Positions 54,623-63,408 of a DNA stretch of 64,000 bases are shown here, in pieces; the stretch's first letter is position 1, and each line of letters opens with the position of its first letter. Source of the stretch: Spirochaetia bacterium (lineage in GTDB: Bacteria; Spirochaetota; Spirochaetia; SZUA-6; Bin103); the NCBI GenBank assembly GCA_965203905.1, contig CBDBDQ010000005.1, positions 1,792,001 through 1,856,000 of the forward strand. The letters are read 5' to 3'. The notes under the pieces are model-generated. The model searched no databases. It was not told the DNA's origin and saw only the letters and a program-made list of their open reading frames with translations. A program made the position numbers and the translations under genes.

Positions 54623-54681
54623 GGCGCGACGGTAACCGGCGCCGAATACCGTGTAAAGGCGATGCCTTGCAGAGGGCCACG

Positions 54682-55482
54682 GTGAACGGCGCACGCAAGG
54701 ACCGGGACTGGTTGGCGGGCACCAGCTACCCCGGTCGCGGCCTCGCGGTCGGCTGCACGGCGGACGGCGGCGCCAGCGTGCAACTGTACTGGATCATGGG
54801 CCGCAGCAGCAGCAGCCGCAACCGGCGTTTCGTCGCCGCCGGGAGCGGTGCGGTGCAGGTGGTGGTGGCCGACCCCGGCGCCGGCACGCCGGGCGGCGAT
54901 CCCAGCCTCATCCTGTACCGGGCGCTGGCGGTCGCCCAGGCGGGGGCGAAGGACAGCGCGGCGTCAGGCCCGCAGCCCGCCCGCGCCGTGCACGTGGTGG
55001 CCAACGGCGACCAGACCGACACCATTGCCGCGGGGCTGGCCGCCGGGGACTCCTTTGCCGCCGCCTTCGCACGCCGTGACGTGGAGCCGGACCCGCCCCA
55101 CTACACGCCGCGCATCGCCGGCATGGCGGCAGCCGGCGGGGCGGGCGGCTATGAACTGGCGATCATCAAGACCGCCGCCGGCGACCCGCGCCAGGTGAGT
55201 TTCCAGCACTTCGTATACCGGAGCCCCTGTCGCGGGTGGGGGCACTGCATCACCACCTACGAGGGCGACGGCTCCCCGCTGCCGTCGTTCCAGGGCGAGC
55301 CGTTTCTCCTGCCGCTGGCCGCTACCCCGCGGGAGGCGGTGCGGGAGCTGTGGGGCCTGCTCGATCCCGACAACCGCGTCGCCGCGCTGGCCAAGTTCGT
55401 CGACCGCACCACGGGAGCGGTGAGCATGGAGATCGTCAACCGTCACGCGGGCGGCGGCCAGCGTTCGGGAGGCGCGTGCTGA
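54682..55482 (+). CDS. IMP cyclohydrolase (PurO-like, Ntn fold)
   Basis: YPGRG, YWIMGRSSSSRNR, NGDQTD, EPDPPHYTPRI. Confidence 0.85.
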   Translation: MNGARKDRDWLAGTSYPGRGLAVGCTADGGASVQLYWIMGRSSSSRNRRFVAAGSGAVQVVVADPGAGTPGGDPSLILYRALAVAQAGAKDSAASGPQPARAVHVVANGDQTDTIAAGLAAGDSFAAAFARRDVEPDPPHYTPRIAGMAAAGGAGGYELAIIKTAAGDPRQVSFQHFVYRSPCRGWGHCITTYEGDGSPLPSFQGEPFLLPLAATPREAVRELWGLLDPDNRVAALAKFVDRTTGAVSMEIVNRHAGGGQRSGGAC

Positions 55483-56111
55483 TGGGGGGATGCCGCCGCT
55501 GCGACTGGTGCGCCGGGGACGAGCTGATGCTGGCATACCACGACACCGAGTGGGGCACGCCGATTTGGGACGACGACCGCCGGCAGTTCGAGTTCCTGGT
55601 GCTGGAAGGGGCGCAGGCGGGACTGAGTTGGCGTACCATCCTGCACAAGCGCACCGGCTATCGGCGCGCGTACCGCAACTTCGAGGTCGCGCGGGTGGCA
55701 CGCTACGGTGAGGCCGAGCGGGCGGCGCTGCTGGCGGACCCGGGCATCGTGCGCAACCGGCTGAAGGTGACGGCGTCGATCGGCAACGCCCGCGCCTTTC
55801 TCGCCGTGCAGGAGCAGTTCGGCAGCTTCTGCTCCTATCTGTGGAGCTTCGTCGACGGCCGCCCCGTGGTGGGCGGGTGGCGCACCGGCGGCGAGGTTCC
55901 GGCCGAGACCGAGTTGTCGCGGCGGGTGAGCCGAGACCTCAAGGCACGCGGCTTTCGTTTCGTGGGCCCCACCATCGTGTACTCCCATCTGCAGGCGGTG
56001 GGAGTCGTCAACGACCACGTGGTCGACTGCTTTCGCCATGCCGAGCTGACCGCTGCCGCCGGGGCCCGAACGCCTGCTACCAATACCAACACAGCAAGGA
56101 ATCAAATATGA
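55482..56111 (+). CDS. tag: DNA-3-methyladenine glycosylase I
   Basis: RCDW, YHDTEWG, LEGAQAGLSW, NDH...C. Confidence 0.95.
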   Translation: MGGCRRCDWCAGDELMLAYHDTEWGTPIWDDDRRQFEFLVLEGAQAGLSWRTILHKRTGYRRAYRNFEVARVARYGEAERAALLADPGIVRNRLKVTASIGNARAFLAVQEQFGSFCSYLWSFVDGRPVVGGWRTGGEVPAETELSRRVSRDLKARGFRFVGPTIVYSHLQAVGVVNDHVVDCFRHAELTAAAGARTPATNTNTARNQI

Positions 56112-56962
56112 GTTCAAGCAACAGTGCCGAGCGCCGTCTGGCCGTCCTGATCGACGGCGACAACGCTCAGGCTACGCAGATCGAACACGTCATGAAGGAA
56201 GTCGTGAAGTTTGGAGTGGTCACGATTCGCCGCATCTACGGCGACTGGACCACGACCCAGCTCGACTCGTGGAAGAAGAAGCTGCCGGTGCACGCCATTC
56301 AGCCGGTCCAGCAGTTCCGCAACACGGTGGGCAAGAATGCCACCGACTCGGCCATGATCATCGATGCCATGGACATCCTCTACAGCGATCATGTGGGTGG
56401 TTTCGTCATCGTCTCCAGCGACAGCGACTACACCAAGCTCGCGATTCGTCTGCGGGAGGCGGGCATGGAGGTGATCGGCATCGGCAAGCACCACACCCCG
56501 AAACCGTTCGTGAACGCCTGCAACGAGTTCCGCTACGTCGAGAACATCATGAAGAGCTACGAGAGCGACGGTCGGCGGCGGCGCACCCGGCGCCGAGACG
56601 TACGGAGCGGTGATGGAGCCGGCACTGCCGAGGGAGCGGGGAGCGCCGATGGTTCCGGCTACGGAGCCGGGAGCGCCGACGGCGCCGGGACCGGCTATGG
56701 AACGGCGGCCACCGACGAGGACCCGGATCTGATCTCCATCGTCACCGAGGCGCACGAGATGGTGGACCAGGAATCGGCGTGGGTGGACCTGCGCAAGATC
56801 GCCAACAACCTCAAGAAGCTCGACCCGGCGTTCGACCCGCGCACCTACGGCTCCTCCAAGCTGGTCAAGATCATCGCCGCGCGCGGCGACGCGTTCGAGG
56901 TGAAGCGGGACCGGGTGCGGCAGCGCATCATGGTGCGGGTCAAGGAACCGGTCGATCGCTGA
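56108..56962 (+). CDS. NYN (LabA/DUF88) domain protein with C-terminal OST-HTH
   Basis: LIDGDN, GKNATD, SSDSDY, FDPRTYG; Gly/Ala repeat linker. Confidence 0.9.
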   Translation: MSSSNSAERRLAVLIDGDNAQATQIEHVMKEVVKFGVVTIRRIYGDWTTTQLDSWKKKLPVHAIQPVQQFRNTVGKNATDSAMIIDAMDILYSDHVGGFVIVSSDSDYTKLAIRLREAGMEVIGIGKHHTPKPFVNACNEFRYVENIMKSYESDGRRRRTRRRDVRSGDGAGTAEGAGSADGSGYGAGSADGAGTGYGTAATDEDPDLISIVTEAHEMVDQESAWVDLRKIANNLKKLDPAFDPRTYGSSKLVKIIAARGDAFEVKRDRVRQRIMVRVKEPVDR

Positions 56963-56964
56963 CC

Positions 56965-58008
56965 GTGACGCTCAGCTACGCCGCGGCGGGGGTGGACATT
57001 GACGCCGCCGATGCCGCCAAGCGGGACATGGCACGCCTGCTCGCGCCGCACGACCGCCGCATCCTCAACGGGGTGGGACCGTTTGCCACCCTCATCGACG
57101 CCAGGTTCTCCGACTACCGCCATCCGGTCATCGTGTTCAAGACCGAGGAGCCCGGCAGCAAGCAGAAGCTGGCGGTCGCCCACGGCGCCTACCGCTCCAT
57201 CTGCTTCGATCTGGTCAATCACCTGATCGACGACATCGTGGTGATGGGCGCGCTGCCGGTGGCGGTCCAGGACGCCATCATCTGCGGCGTGCTGCAGCCG
57301 GAGGTGGTGACCGCCATGGTGGCGGCGCTGGCGGAGGCGTGCCGGGCGCAGGAGTGCAGCCTCACCGGCGGCGAGACCTCGGAGCAGCCGGGGGTCCTGG
57401 AGCCCGGCACCTACGTGCTGGCCGCCAGCGTGGTGGGGGTGGTGGAACGGGCGGCGGTGATCGACGGCAGCCGCATCGCCGCCGGCGACACGGTGCTGGC
57501 GCTGGCTTCCAACGGGGTGCACACCAACGGCTTCTCGCTGGTGCGGCGGCTGCTGCAGAGCGACCCCGCGCTCGCTGACCGGCCGGTGGGCGGATCGACC
57601 GTGATGGAGCAGCTCCTGCAGCCGCACCGCTGCTACCTGCCGGCGCTGCGTCCGTGCCTGGGAGGCGGCGACCTGCATGGACTGGCCCACGTCACGGGCG
57701 GCGGCATCGGCGACAACCTGCGCCGGGTGCTGCCCGCCGGAGTCGGCGCCGAGATCGACCTGTCGCGCATCGAGGTGCCGGAGATCTTCGGCGTGCTGCG
57801 CGGCGCCGGCGCGGTGGCCGACGCGGAGATGCTGCGCGTGTTCAACGTCGGCGTGGGCATGGCGGCGGTGGTGGCGCCGGGCGCCGAGGACGCGGTGCGG
57901 GCGGCGGCGGCGGCGGCCGGGGTGGCGTGCTACCCGGTGGGCCGCATCGTGGCGGCCGAGCGGGCCGACTCGGGAGCGGTGGCGTTCCACGGCGCCCTGC
58001 GCTGGTGA
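56965..58008 (+). CDS. purM: Phosphoribosylformylglycinamidine cyclo-ligase
   Basis: YAAAGVDID, GGETSE, SNGVHTNG, HVTGGG, FNVGVG. Confidence 0.92.
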   Translation: MTLSYAAAGVDIDAADAAKRDMARLLAPHDRRILNGVGPFATLIDARFSDYRHPVIVFKTEEPGSKQKLAVAHGAYRSICFDLVNHLIDDIVVMGALPVAVQDAIICGVLQPEVVTAMVAALAEACRAQECSLTGGETSEQPGVLEPGTYVLAASVVGVVERAAVIDGSRIAAGDTVLALASNGVHTNGFSLVRRLLQSDPALADRPVGGSTVMEQLLQPHRCYLPALRPCLGGGDLHGLAHVTGGGIGDNLRRVLPAGVGAEIDLSRIEVPEIFGVLRGAGAVADAEMLRVFNVGVGMAAVVAPGAEDAVRAAAAAAGVACYPVGRIVAAERADSGAVAFHGALRW

Positions 58009-58325
58009 GCACGCCGAGGCCGGCGGAAGGCTTGCTGCAGCGCATTGCCCACGTGGTGACGCAGATTCCGCGCGGACAGGTTGCGACCTACGGCCAGGTG
58101 GCGGCGCAGGCGGGCAACCCGCGCGCGGCGCGGCAGGTGGCCTGGGCCTTGCGGGCCTACGCCGGCCGCGGCCTGCCGTGGCATCGTGTGATCGGCGCCG
58201 GCGGGGTAATCCGCCTCCCGGAAGGCAACGGGCTGGAGCGCCAGCGCGCGCTGCTGCGGGCCGAAGGGGTGGCGGTGGACGGCGCCGGCCGCCTCGACCT
58301 GGCCGCATACCAATGGCGCCCGTGA
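58005..58325 (+). CDS. MGMT-family alkyltransferase-like protein (PWHR type)
   Basis: IPRGQVATYGQVA, LPWHRVI. Confidence 0.88.
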   Translation: MSTPRPAEGLLQRIAHVVTQIPRGQVATYGQVAAQAGNPRAARQVAWALRAYAGRGLPWHRVIGAGGVIRLPEGNGLERQRALLRAEGVAVDGAGRLDLAAYQWRP

Positions 58326-58876
58326 CCGGCACTGCGGGCGCCGCCGCGCCGGGTCCGGGGCCGCGCCGTCCCGCGCGCCGCTACCCGCGGCTGTGCTACG
58401 AGGAGAAGCGCTACCCGGACGGGCGCCGCAACCGCTTCCGCGCCCGCGTGCTGCTGCTGCGCCCGGGACACGGCGTGATGCACTTCGTCAGCGACCGCGC
58501 CTACGATCTCGGCGCCATCTTCCTGCCCCGCGGCACGGTCACCTTCGGCCTGTTCTGGGAGGACCGCCCCTACAACCTGTACGCCTGGATGGCCCCCGAC
58601 CTCACCGCCCCGCGCGCGCTCTACTTCAACATCTGCGACCAGACGGCGCTCAGCGCGCAGCGCTTCGACTGGCGCGACCTGTGGGTGGACATCCTGATCA
58701 CCCCGCACGCCGCCCCCCAAGTGCTGGACCGCCACGAGATACCCGCTACCGCCCCTCCGCCCCTGTGCGCCGCCATCGACGCCGCCGTAGGCCGGGTACT
58801 GACCGAACACCGCGAAGTAGCCCGCTACCTGCAAGCCCTGCTCCCCACCCTCCGCCACCGCGCCGCAATCCGGTAG
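58322..58876 (+). CDS. DUF402 domain protein
   Basis: DRPYNLY, YFNI, DLWVDI...VLDRHE. Confidence 0.75.
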   Translation: MTGTAGAAAPGPGPRRPARRYPRLCYEEKRYPDGRRNRFRARVLLLRPGHGVMHFVSDRAYDLGAIFLPRGTVTFGLFWEDRPYNLYAWMAPDLTAPRALYFNICDQTALSAQRFDWRDLWVDILITPHAAPQVLDRHEIPATAPPPLCAAIDAAVGRVLTEHREVARYLQALLPTLRHRAAIR

Positions 58877-58901
58877 AGCCGCCTCGCACCAAGGGTTGCT
58901 G

Positions 58902-61034
58902 CCAGGATTATCCCACGTTGCGCGACAAGCCGGCTGCAAGTCGTTGCTCCCGCTGCCATCGGACCGACACCCGAACGCCCAACTCGCCCCGCGGCGAGCG
59001 CCGATCACGTGGCCCCGTCTGGCGGCGGCGCGTACTCCCGATGCCGGAAGCGGTGGTGGGCTCGACAGCGCAGGCGCAAGTTGCCGGGCTCCGCACCGCC
59101 GCCGAGGGCGAAGGGAACGATGTGGTCGAGCTCCAGCAGGAAGCGGGAGCCGCAGCGCCGCCCGCTGTGCGGATCGACGTAACTGCAGCGGCCGCCGTCG
59201 CGGCGCCACACCTCGCGCCGCACTGCTGCCGGAATGTACCGGGATCGACGCGCCCGGTGGGCCGGCTGCGGGCTGCCACGGGACGGGCCGGCTGCCGCCG
59301 CCTGCGGCCGCGAATGGCCATCGAGCTGCACCGCTCCTGCCCGCTTCGCCGCTCCGGCCCGCTTCGCTGGCGAAGGAGCGCTGCGACCACGATCCGCCGC
59401 TGCCGTCGCGGTCGGCATGGTCTGGTCTACCGGCGGCGTCGGTACGGAGGCGCGGGACCCGCAACCAGCCACCAACTTCGCCGCCGAAGCAGCGGTGCCG
59501 GGCGCCGCCGCCGCTGGCTTGGCACTCACCGGGGTGATGCTGCCGCCAGTCTCGCGCCCCGACGGCGGCGCGGGCAGCGCTGCCACCGCCGAGGTGCCGG
59601 CGCCGCCAATCCCGCGCGCGGGCTCCTCTGCGGACAGCGCTGCCGGCGCCGGGGTGCCGGCGCTCGTGCCCTCCGGCGTCGGCGGCACTCCGGGTTGCTC
59701 TTGCGCGTCCCGCTTCGCCGGCGAAGTCGCCTCGCCCGCCGGCCCTTCCTGCGCCTTCGGCTCCGGCGCCTGGCCCGCGCTTGTCTCCCGGCGCCCACCT
59801 CTGCGCCCGCGCGGCGACCGCCCCGGGTCGTAGCGCTGCAGGCCATCCTGGACCAGCCGCTCCACGAGCTGCCCCAGCGTCAGGTGCGGGTCCACGTGCG
59901 ACAGCAGTGCCCGTAGCTGCTCGATCCCACCCTGACAGGCAGAGTCGATCGCCACCTTCAGCTCCCAGCGCTCGTCGCCCAGCGCCCGCATGCGATCGGC
60001 CGGGCGCGCCAGCTCGGGAGCCACCCCGGCCAACAACTGCTTCACCTCGCGGGTGCTCTTGCCGCTCGCCTGCGCCACCAGCTCCTGCCGCTGCGCCGCG
60101 TCCAGCGCCGGCACCGGTCGCGCGGGCGCCGCTGCCGCGGTCCCCGAAGCCCCCGCCTCCGGCGTCGTCCCCGTGCCGCCCGGCAGCAGCTCCGGTGCCG
60201 CGGGTGCCTCGCCGGGGTCCGCGGCGGCGGTCGCGGTGCGCTGCAGGAGATCGAAGGTGTTCTGCAACTGCGCTGCGGCGCTCAGGGTGAGCGAGCCGTC
60301 CTGCAGCCGCTCGCGTGTTCCGTCGGTATCGGAGCACAGGCGCATCGCCTTTATGCGGCGCCAGGCGGCACCCTCGCTGTAGCCCAACTCGCGCACCGCG
60401 TAGTCGAACAGGCTGGAGAACCCGAGGCGCAGGTGGAGGTGGCGGGCGTGGATCTCGCGCAGGTGGTCGAGGACGGCGAGCTGCAGCGCCTGCTCGTGCA
60501 GGACGAGGGACCTGGTATGCGCCAGCAGCACCTGGTCGGGGAGCCAGGAGAGAGAGGAGGAGAAGCCGGGAGCGGTCGCGGTAGCCACAGTAGCCATGGC
60601 GTAAATATAATCATGGTTGAGAAATGACCGGTTTCGGCAAGTCCCGGGACGGGCACCGGGAAGGGCTCAGGCCGGCGCTGGCGGGGTGCTGACGGTCCTG
60701 GAGGGCGTGGCGGGATGTTCGAAGGGTCGGAGGGGCCGGAAGGTGCGGCAGGAGGCCGTCATAAGCAGCGCCAAACCCGTCAAGTGCTCAGCGAACTTTT
60801 TTTGGCACTTTTTCGCAGAATCCGGCGAATCCTGCACTGCGGCGCTGGCGTGGCAGCAATGCATCGGCGGAGACCGGCGTTGCGCATGGGCGGCGACACG
60901 CCCATTCCTGGACAGATGGTACAGCGAACGATCCACGCACCTTGAAGGCGGCGGCGGCCTGGCAGGCGTGGGGCCATCACCGCAGCTCGGCCACGCACGG
61001 GATGCAGACGTCCGTCAGCATGGGATGGCCCTGG
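58902..61034 (-). mobile_element. HNH-encoding element, copy 2, with terminal inverted repeats and 7-bp target duplication
   Basis: Ends CCAGGATTATCCCA (58902-58915) and TGGGATGGCCCTGG (61021-61034) are 11/14 inverted. GTTGCTG directly flanks both ends (58895-58901, 61035-61041). Confidence 0.8.
59005..60597 (-). CDS. DUF222-like + HNH endonuclease protein (paralogue of 41171-42820)
   Basis: Same N-terminal domain; RDGGRCSY...DHIVP...GN...CRAHH. Confidence 0.88.
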   Translation of the reverse strand: MATVATATAPGFSSSLSWLPDQVLLAHTRSLVLHEQALQLAVLDHLREIHARHLHLRLGFSSLFDYAVRELGYSEGAAWRRIKAMRLCSDTDGTRERLQDGSLTLSAAAQLQNTFDLLQRTATAAADPGEAPAAPELLPGGTGTTPEAGASGTAAAAPARPVPALDAAQRQELVAQASGKSTREVKQLLAGVAPELARPADRMRALGDERWELKVAIDSACQGGIEQLRALLSHVDPHLTLGQLVERLVQDGLQRYDPGRSPRGRRGGRRETSAGQAPEPKAQEGPAGEATSPAKRDAQEQPGVPPTPEGTSAGTPAPAALSAEEPARGIGGAGTSAVAALPAPPSGRETGGSITPVSAKPAAAAPGTAASAAKLVAGCGSRASVPTPPVDQTMPTATAAADRGRSAPSPAKRAGAAKRAGAVQLDGHSRPQAAAAGPSRGSPQPAHRARRSRYIPAAVRREVWRRDGGRCSYVDPHSGRRCGSRFLLELDHIVPFALGGGAEPGNLRLRCRAHHRFRHREYAPPPDGAT

Positions 61035-61336
61035 GTTGCTGGCTGTGCTCGTTGTCCAAATGTGATGTTCTTGTACGATACTTGAGAAACTGGTGGTTGC
61101 GTTCATGCAGGACACGCTCTCAGTTTCTGAGGTGCGCGAGAAGCTCGCCGAGGTCACCGGTCTGCTCGACGCTCTCGATGCGCTCGCAGACTATCGCGCG
61201 AACGGCGGCGTCGATCTGGAGGCCCTCAAGAAGAACTCGGTCTTTGATTCACCGAATCGTCGAGGTTGCCTTGTTCTCGGTGACGGCGACGTCGTACAGG
61301 TGGTCCACTGCTTGCTGTGCAGTGATCATGCGTGGC

Positions 61337-62338
61337 TCACGCCGTGGCAGGCAGGCCGTTGTGCGTGCCCACCTCGCCCGTGGACACTTGGGCCGTGCTC
61401 AGGAGACCGCCGCTCTCGCGGCGCAGGCGGTCGAGTCCGACTGCGAAGTACACGGGGTCGACCTCGATCCCGATGCTGTTTCTGCCGCAGGCGGCGGCAG
61501 CCACCTGGGAAGTAGCGGTGCCGTTGAACGGATCGAGCACCGTGTCCCCGACGAAGCTGAACATGCGGATCAGTCGGTCCGCCAGGGCGACCGGAAAGGG
61601 AGCCGGGTGGTCGCGGGTCGACTCACCCGGGATGTCGGCCCAGATCTGTCGAAAGAACCGCTTGAACGAGGACTCCGACAGCAGGCTGAGTATCCGTGCA
61701 GCAAGGTCGGGTTTGCGGTAGCCGCCTCCCTTCCGCTGCATCAGGATGAATTCGATGTCGTTCTTGATTACGGCGTTGGGCTCGTACGGCTTGCCCAGGA
61801 ATCCACCGGCGCCGCGCTTCATCTCGTAGGTCGCGTTGGCGATCTTGCTCCATATGATCGGCGCCAGGTTGTCGAAGCCGATCTCCCGGCAGTGCTCCTG
61901 GATCGAAGCGTGCAACGGCACCACCGTGTGCTTGCCGCGGTTCCTGCGCCGCGCCAGACAAACATCGCCGACAACGCAAATGAGCCGTCCCCCCGGCACC
62001 AGCGCCGCGTGGCACATGCGCCACACCTGGTCCAGCTGGCTGAAAAACTCCTCATAGTCCTCGATCCACCCCAACTGGCCGTCGGCCCGGCGGTACTCCT
62101 TGAGGATCCAGTACGGTGGGGACGTGACCACGAGGTGAACCGAGCCGGCGGGCAGCGCCGCCAGCCGCGCGTCTCCGAGCAGCAACCGATGTCGGGTGGG
62201 GACTTCGACCACGGCTGCCTCAATGGATGCTATCGCTGACCGGCTCTTCGCCAGCCGTGGCAGATCACGCGACGGGTCCGCAAGATCGCGGAGTGGCTCA
62301 GGGACGAGCGTACCGAGCACGGACTGCCTCACGTGCAC
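61337..62338 (-). CDS. Site-specific N4-C/N6-A DNA methyltransferase (beta class)
   Basis: TSPPY precedes HPAPFP and VLDPFNGT. Confidence 0.92.
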   Translation of the reverse strand: MHVRQSVLGTLVPEPLRDLADPSRDLPRLAKSRSAIASIEAAVVEVPTRHRLLLGDARLAALPAGSVHLVVTSPPYWILKEYRRADGQLGWIEDYEEFFSQLDQVWRMCHAALVPGGRLICVVGDVCLARRRNRGKHTVVPLHASIQEHCREIGFDNLAPIIWSKIANATYEMKRGAGGFLGKPYEPNAVIKNDIEFILMQRKGGGYRKPDLAARILSLLSESSFKRFFRQIWADIPGESTRDHPAPFPVALADRLIRMFSFVGDTVLDPFNGTATSQVAAAACGRNSIGIEVDPVYFAVGLDRLRRESGGLLSTAQVSTGEVGTHNGLPATA

Positions 62339-62699
62339 AAGTATAGCCCGCGAGCACTGGTCGTGACACGATGAACTATAAGCGTTGAGTTAGAACGTCG
62401 GCCAACCGTGCCACTGAATTCACTGGTGCGTCATAGGTGCCGTTTCGAAGAGAGTGCTTTCAGTATTGGGGTATTGCGTTCCACCAGTACGGAGGCTGAG
62501 TGCAGTATGTCAGATTCATTCGTTGAGGAGTGTTTCTTATACGATTGCACCACGTTCACGGGCCACGTTACAAACCTGTCCGCTCGACGAACCGGCGAAG
62601 ACCGTGAACTCAGCTTGTCGCCAAGGAGCATCGGTTCGGAACGGTAGTTGCAAAGAAGTGAAACTCTCCGCATGGGTATGTGTTGCTTGTTGTTGTGTG

Positions 62700-62849
62700 A
62701 CTCATAGAGCAGTGATGCGGAGCACAGTTCGTGATACTTCTCGGCAACACGGCTGCGACGCTGTGCTGTGAAGTATTTCGTCAACTCGCCGAAGGGTCGG
62801 TGTCCACTCACTGGATCAGTCCCTCCTCCCGCAACTCGTCAAGATACTC
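62700..62849 (-). pseudogene. Remnant of a RelE/Gp49-type toxin and HTH antitoxin pair
   Basis: EYLDELREEGLIQ* (toxin C-terminus) overlaps GTG SGHRPFGELTKYFTAQRRSRV (antitoxin N-terminus); no HTH follows. Confidence 0.55.
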
Positions 62850-63282
62850 ACCGAATAATGTCGTTTTCGTCGCAATCCTGGATTGCCTTAGGTATCACTC
62901 GTGCGAACAAACGAAGCGCACGCACGATTAGGAAGGAGGTTACTCCCTCTCCAAATGGAAGATAGTAGTCCACCATCAATATGTCTGGTGCTTCCAACGG
63001 CACTGAGAAACGACAAAAAATAACATCGTCATTCATCTTGTTGACGAACGCGTGCTTGGATTCCAGCGACGCGGTGTTCTCGAACCGATATACGGCTGTG
63101 TATCTCAGTAGTTTATTGTCCGCGTTGATGCTGACAAATACCGTTGGATCATCGGTCTCAACACGTACATCACCGTCGTCGTCCAGGGACGCGCTAAAGA
63201 ACGCGCGACGGAAAAGGTCTCGGATGGTATCCGGTGTAACTTCGTTCTCGGCGATGATCTCTAAAGTTTCTGTGGACTTCAT
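62848..63282 (-). CDS. YbjN-like domain protein
   Basis: LDDDGDVRV...FVNKMNDDVIFCRF pattern; AAGGA RBS. Confidence 0.65.
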   Translation of the reverse strand: MKSTETLEIIAENEVTPDTIRDLFRRAFFSASLDDDGDVRVETDDPTVFVSINADNKLLRYTAVYRFENTASLESKHAFVNKMNDDVIFCRFSVPLEAPDILMVDYYLPFGEGVTSFLIVRALRLFARVIPKAIQDCDENDIIR

Positions 63283-63408
63283 GGATCCTTCGTCATGTTA
63301 CCCTAAGGAAGGTTGGTCGCGTTGTCAACCGTCGCGCTGGACGACTGTTGGTAGTGTATGCGGCAGCGCGCGAGTAGATTGGAACACAACGGAGGCTGAG
63401 CGTCATCT

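Noticed and set aside
56610-56705. Repeated GGAGCCGGGAGCGCCGA-like units
   Set aside because: They encode a Gly/Ala/Ser linker inside the NYN protein; ordinary low complexity.
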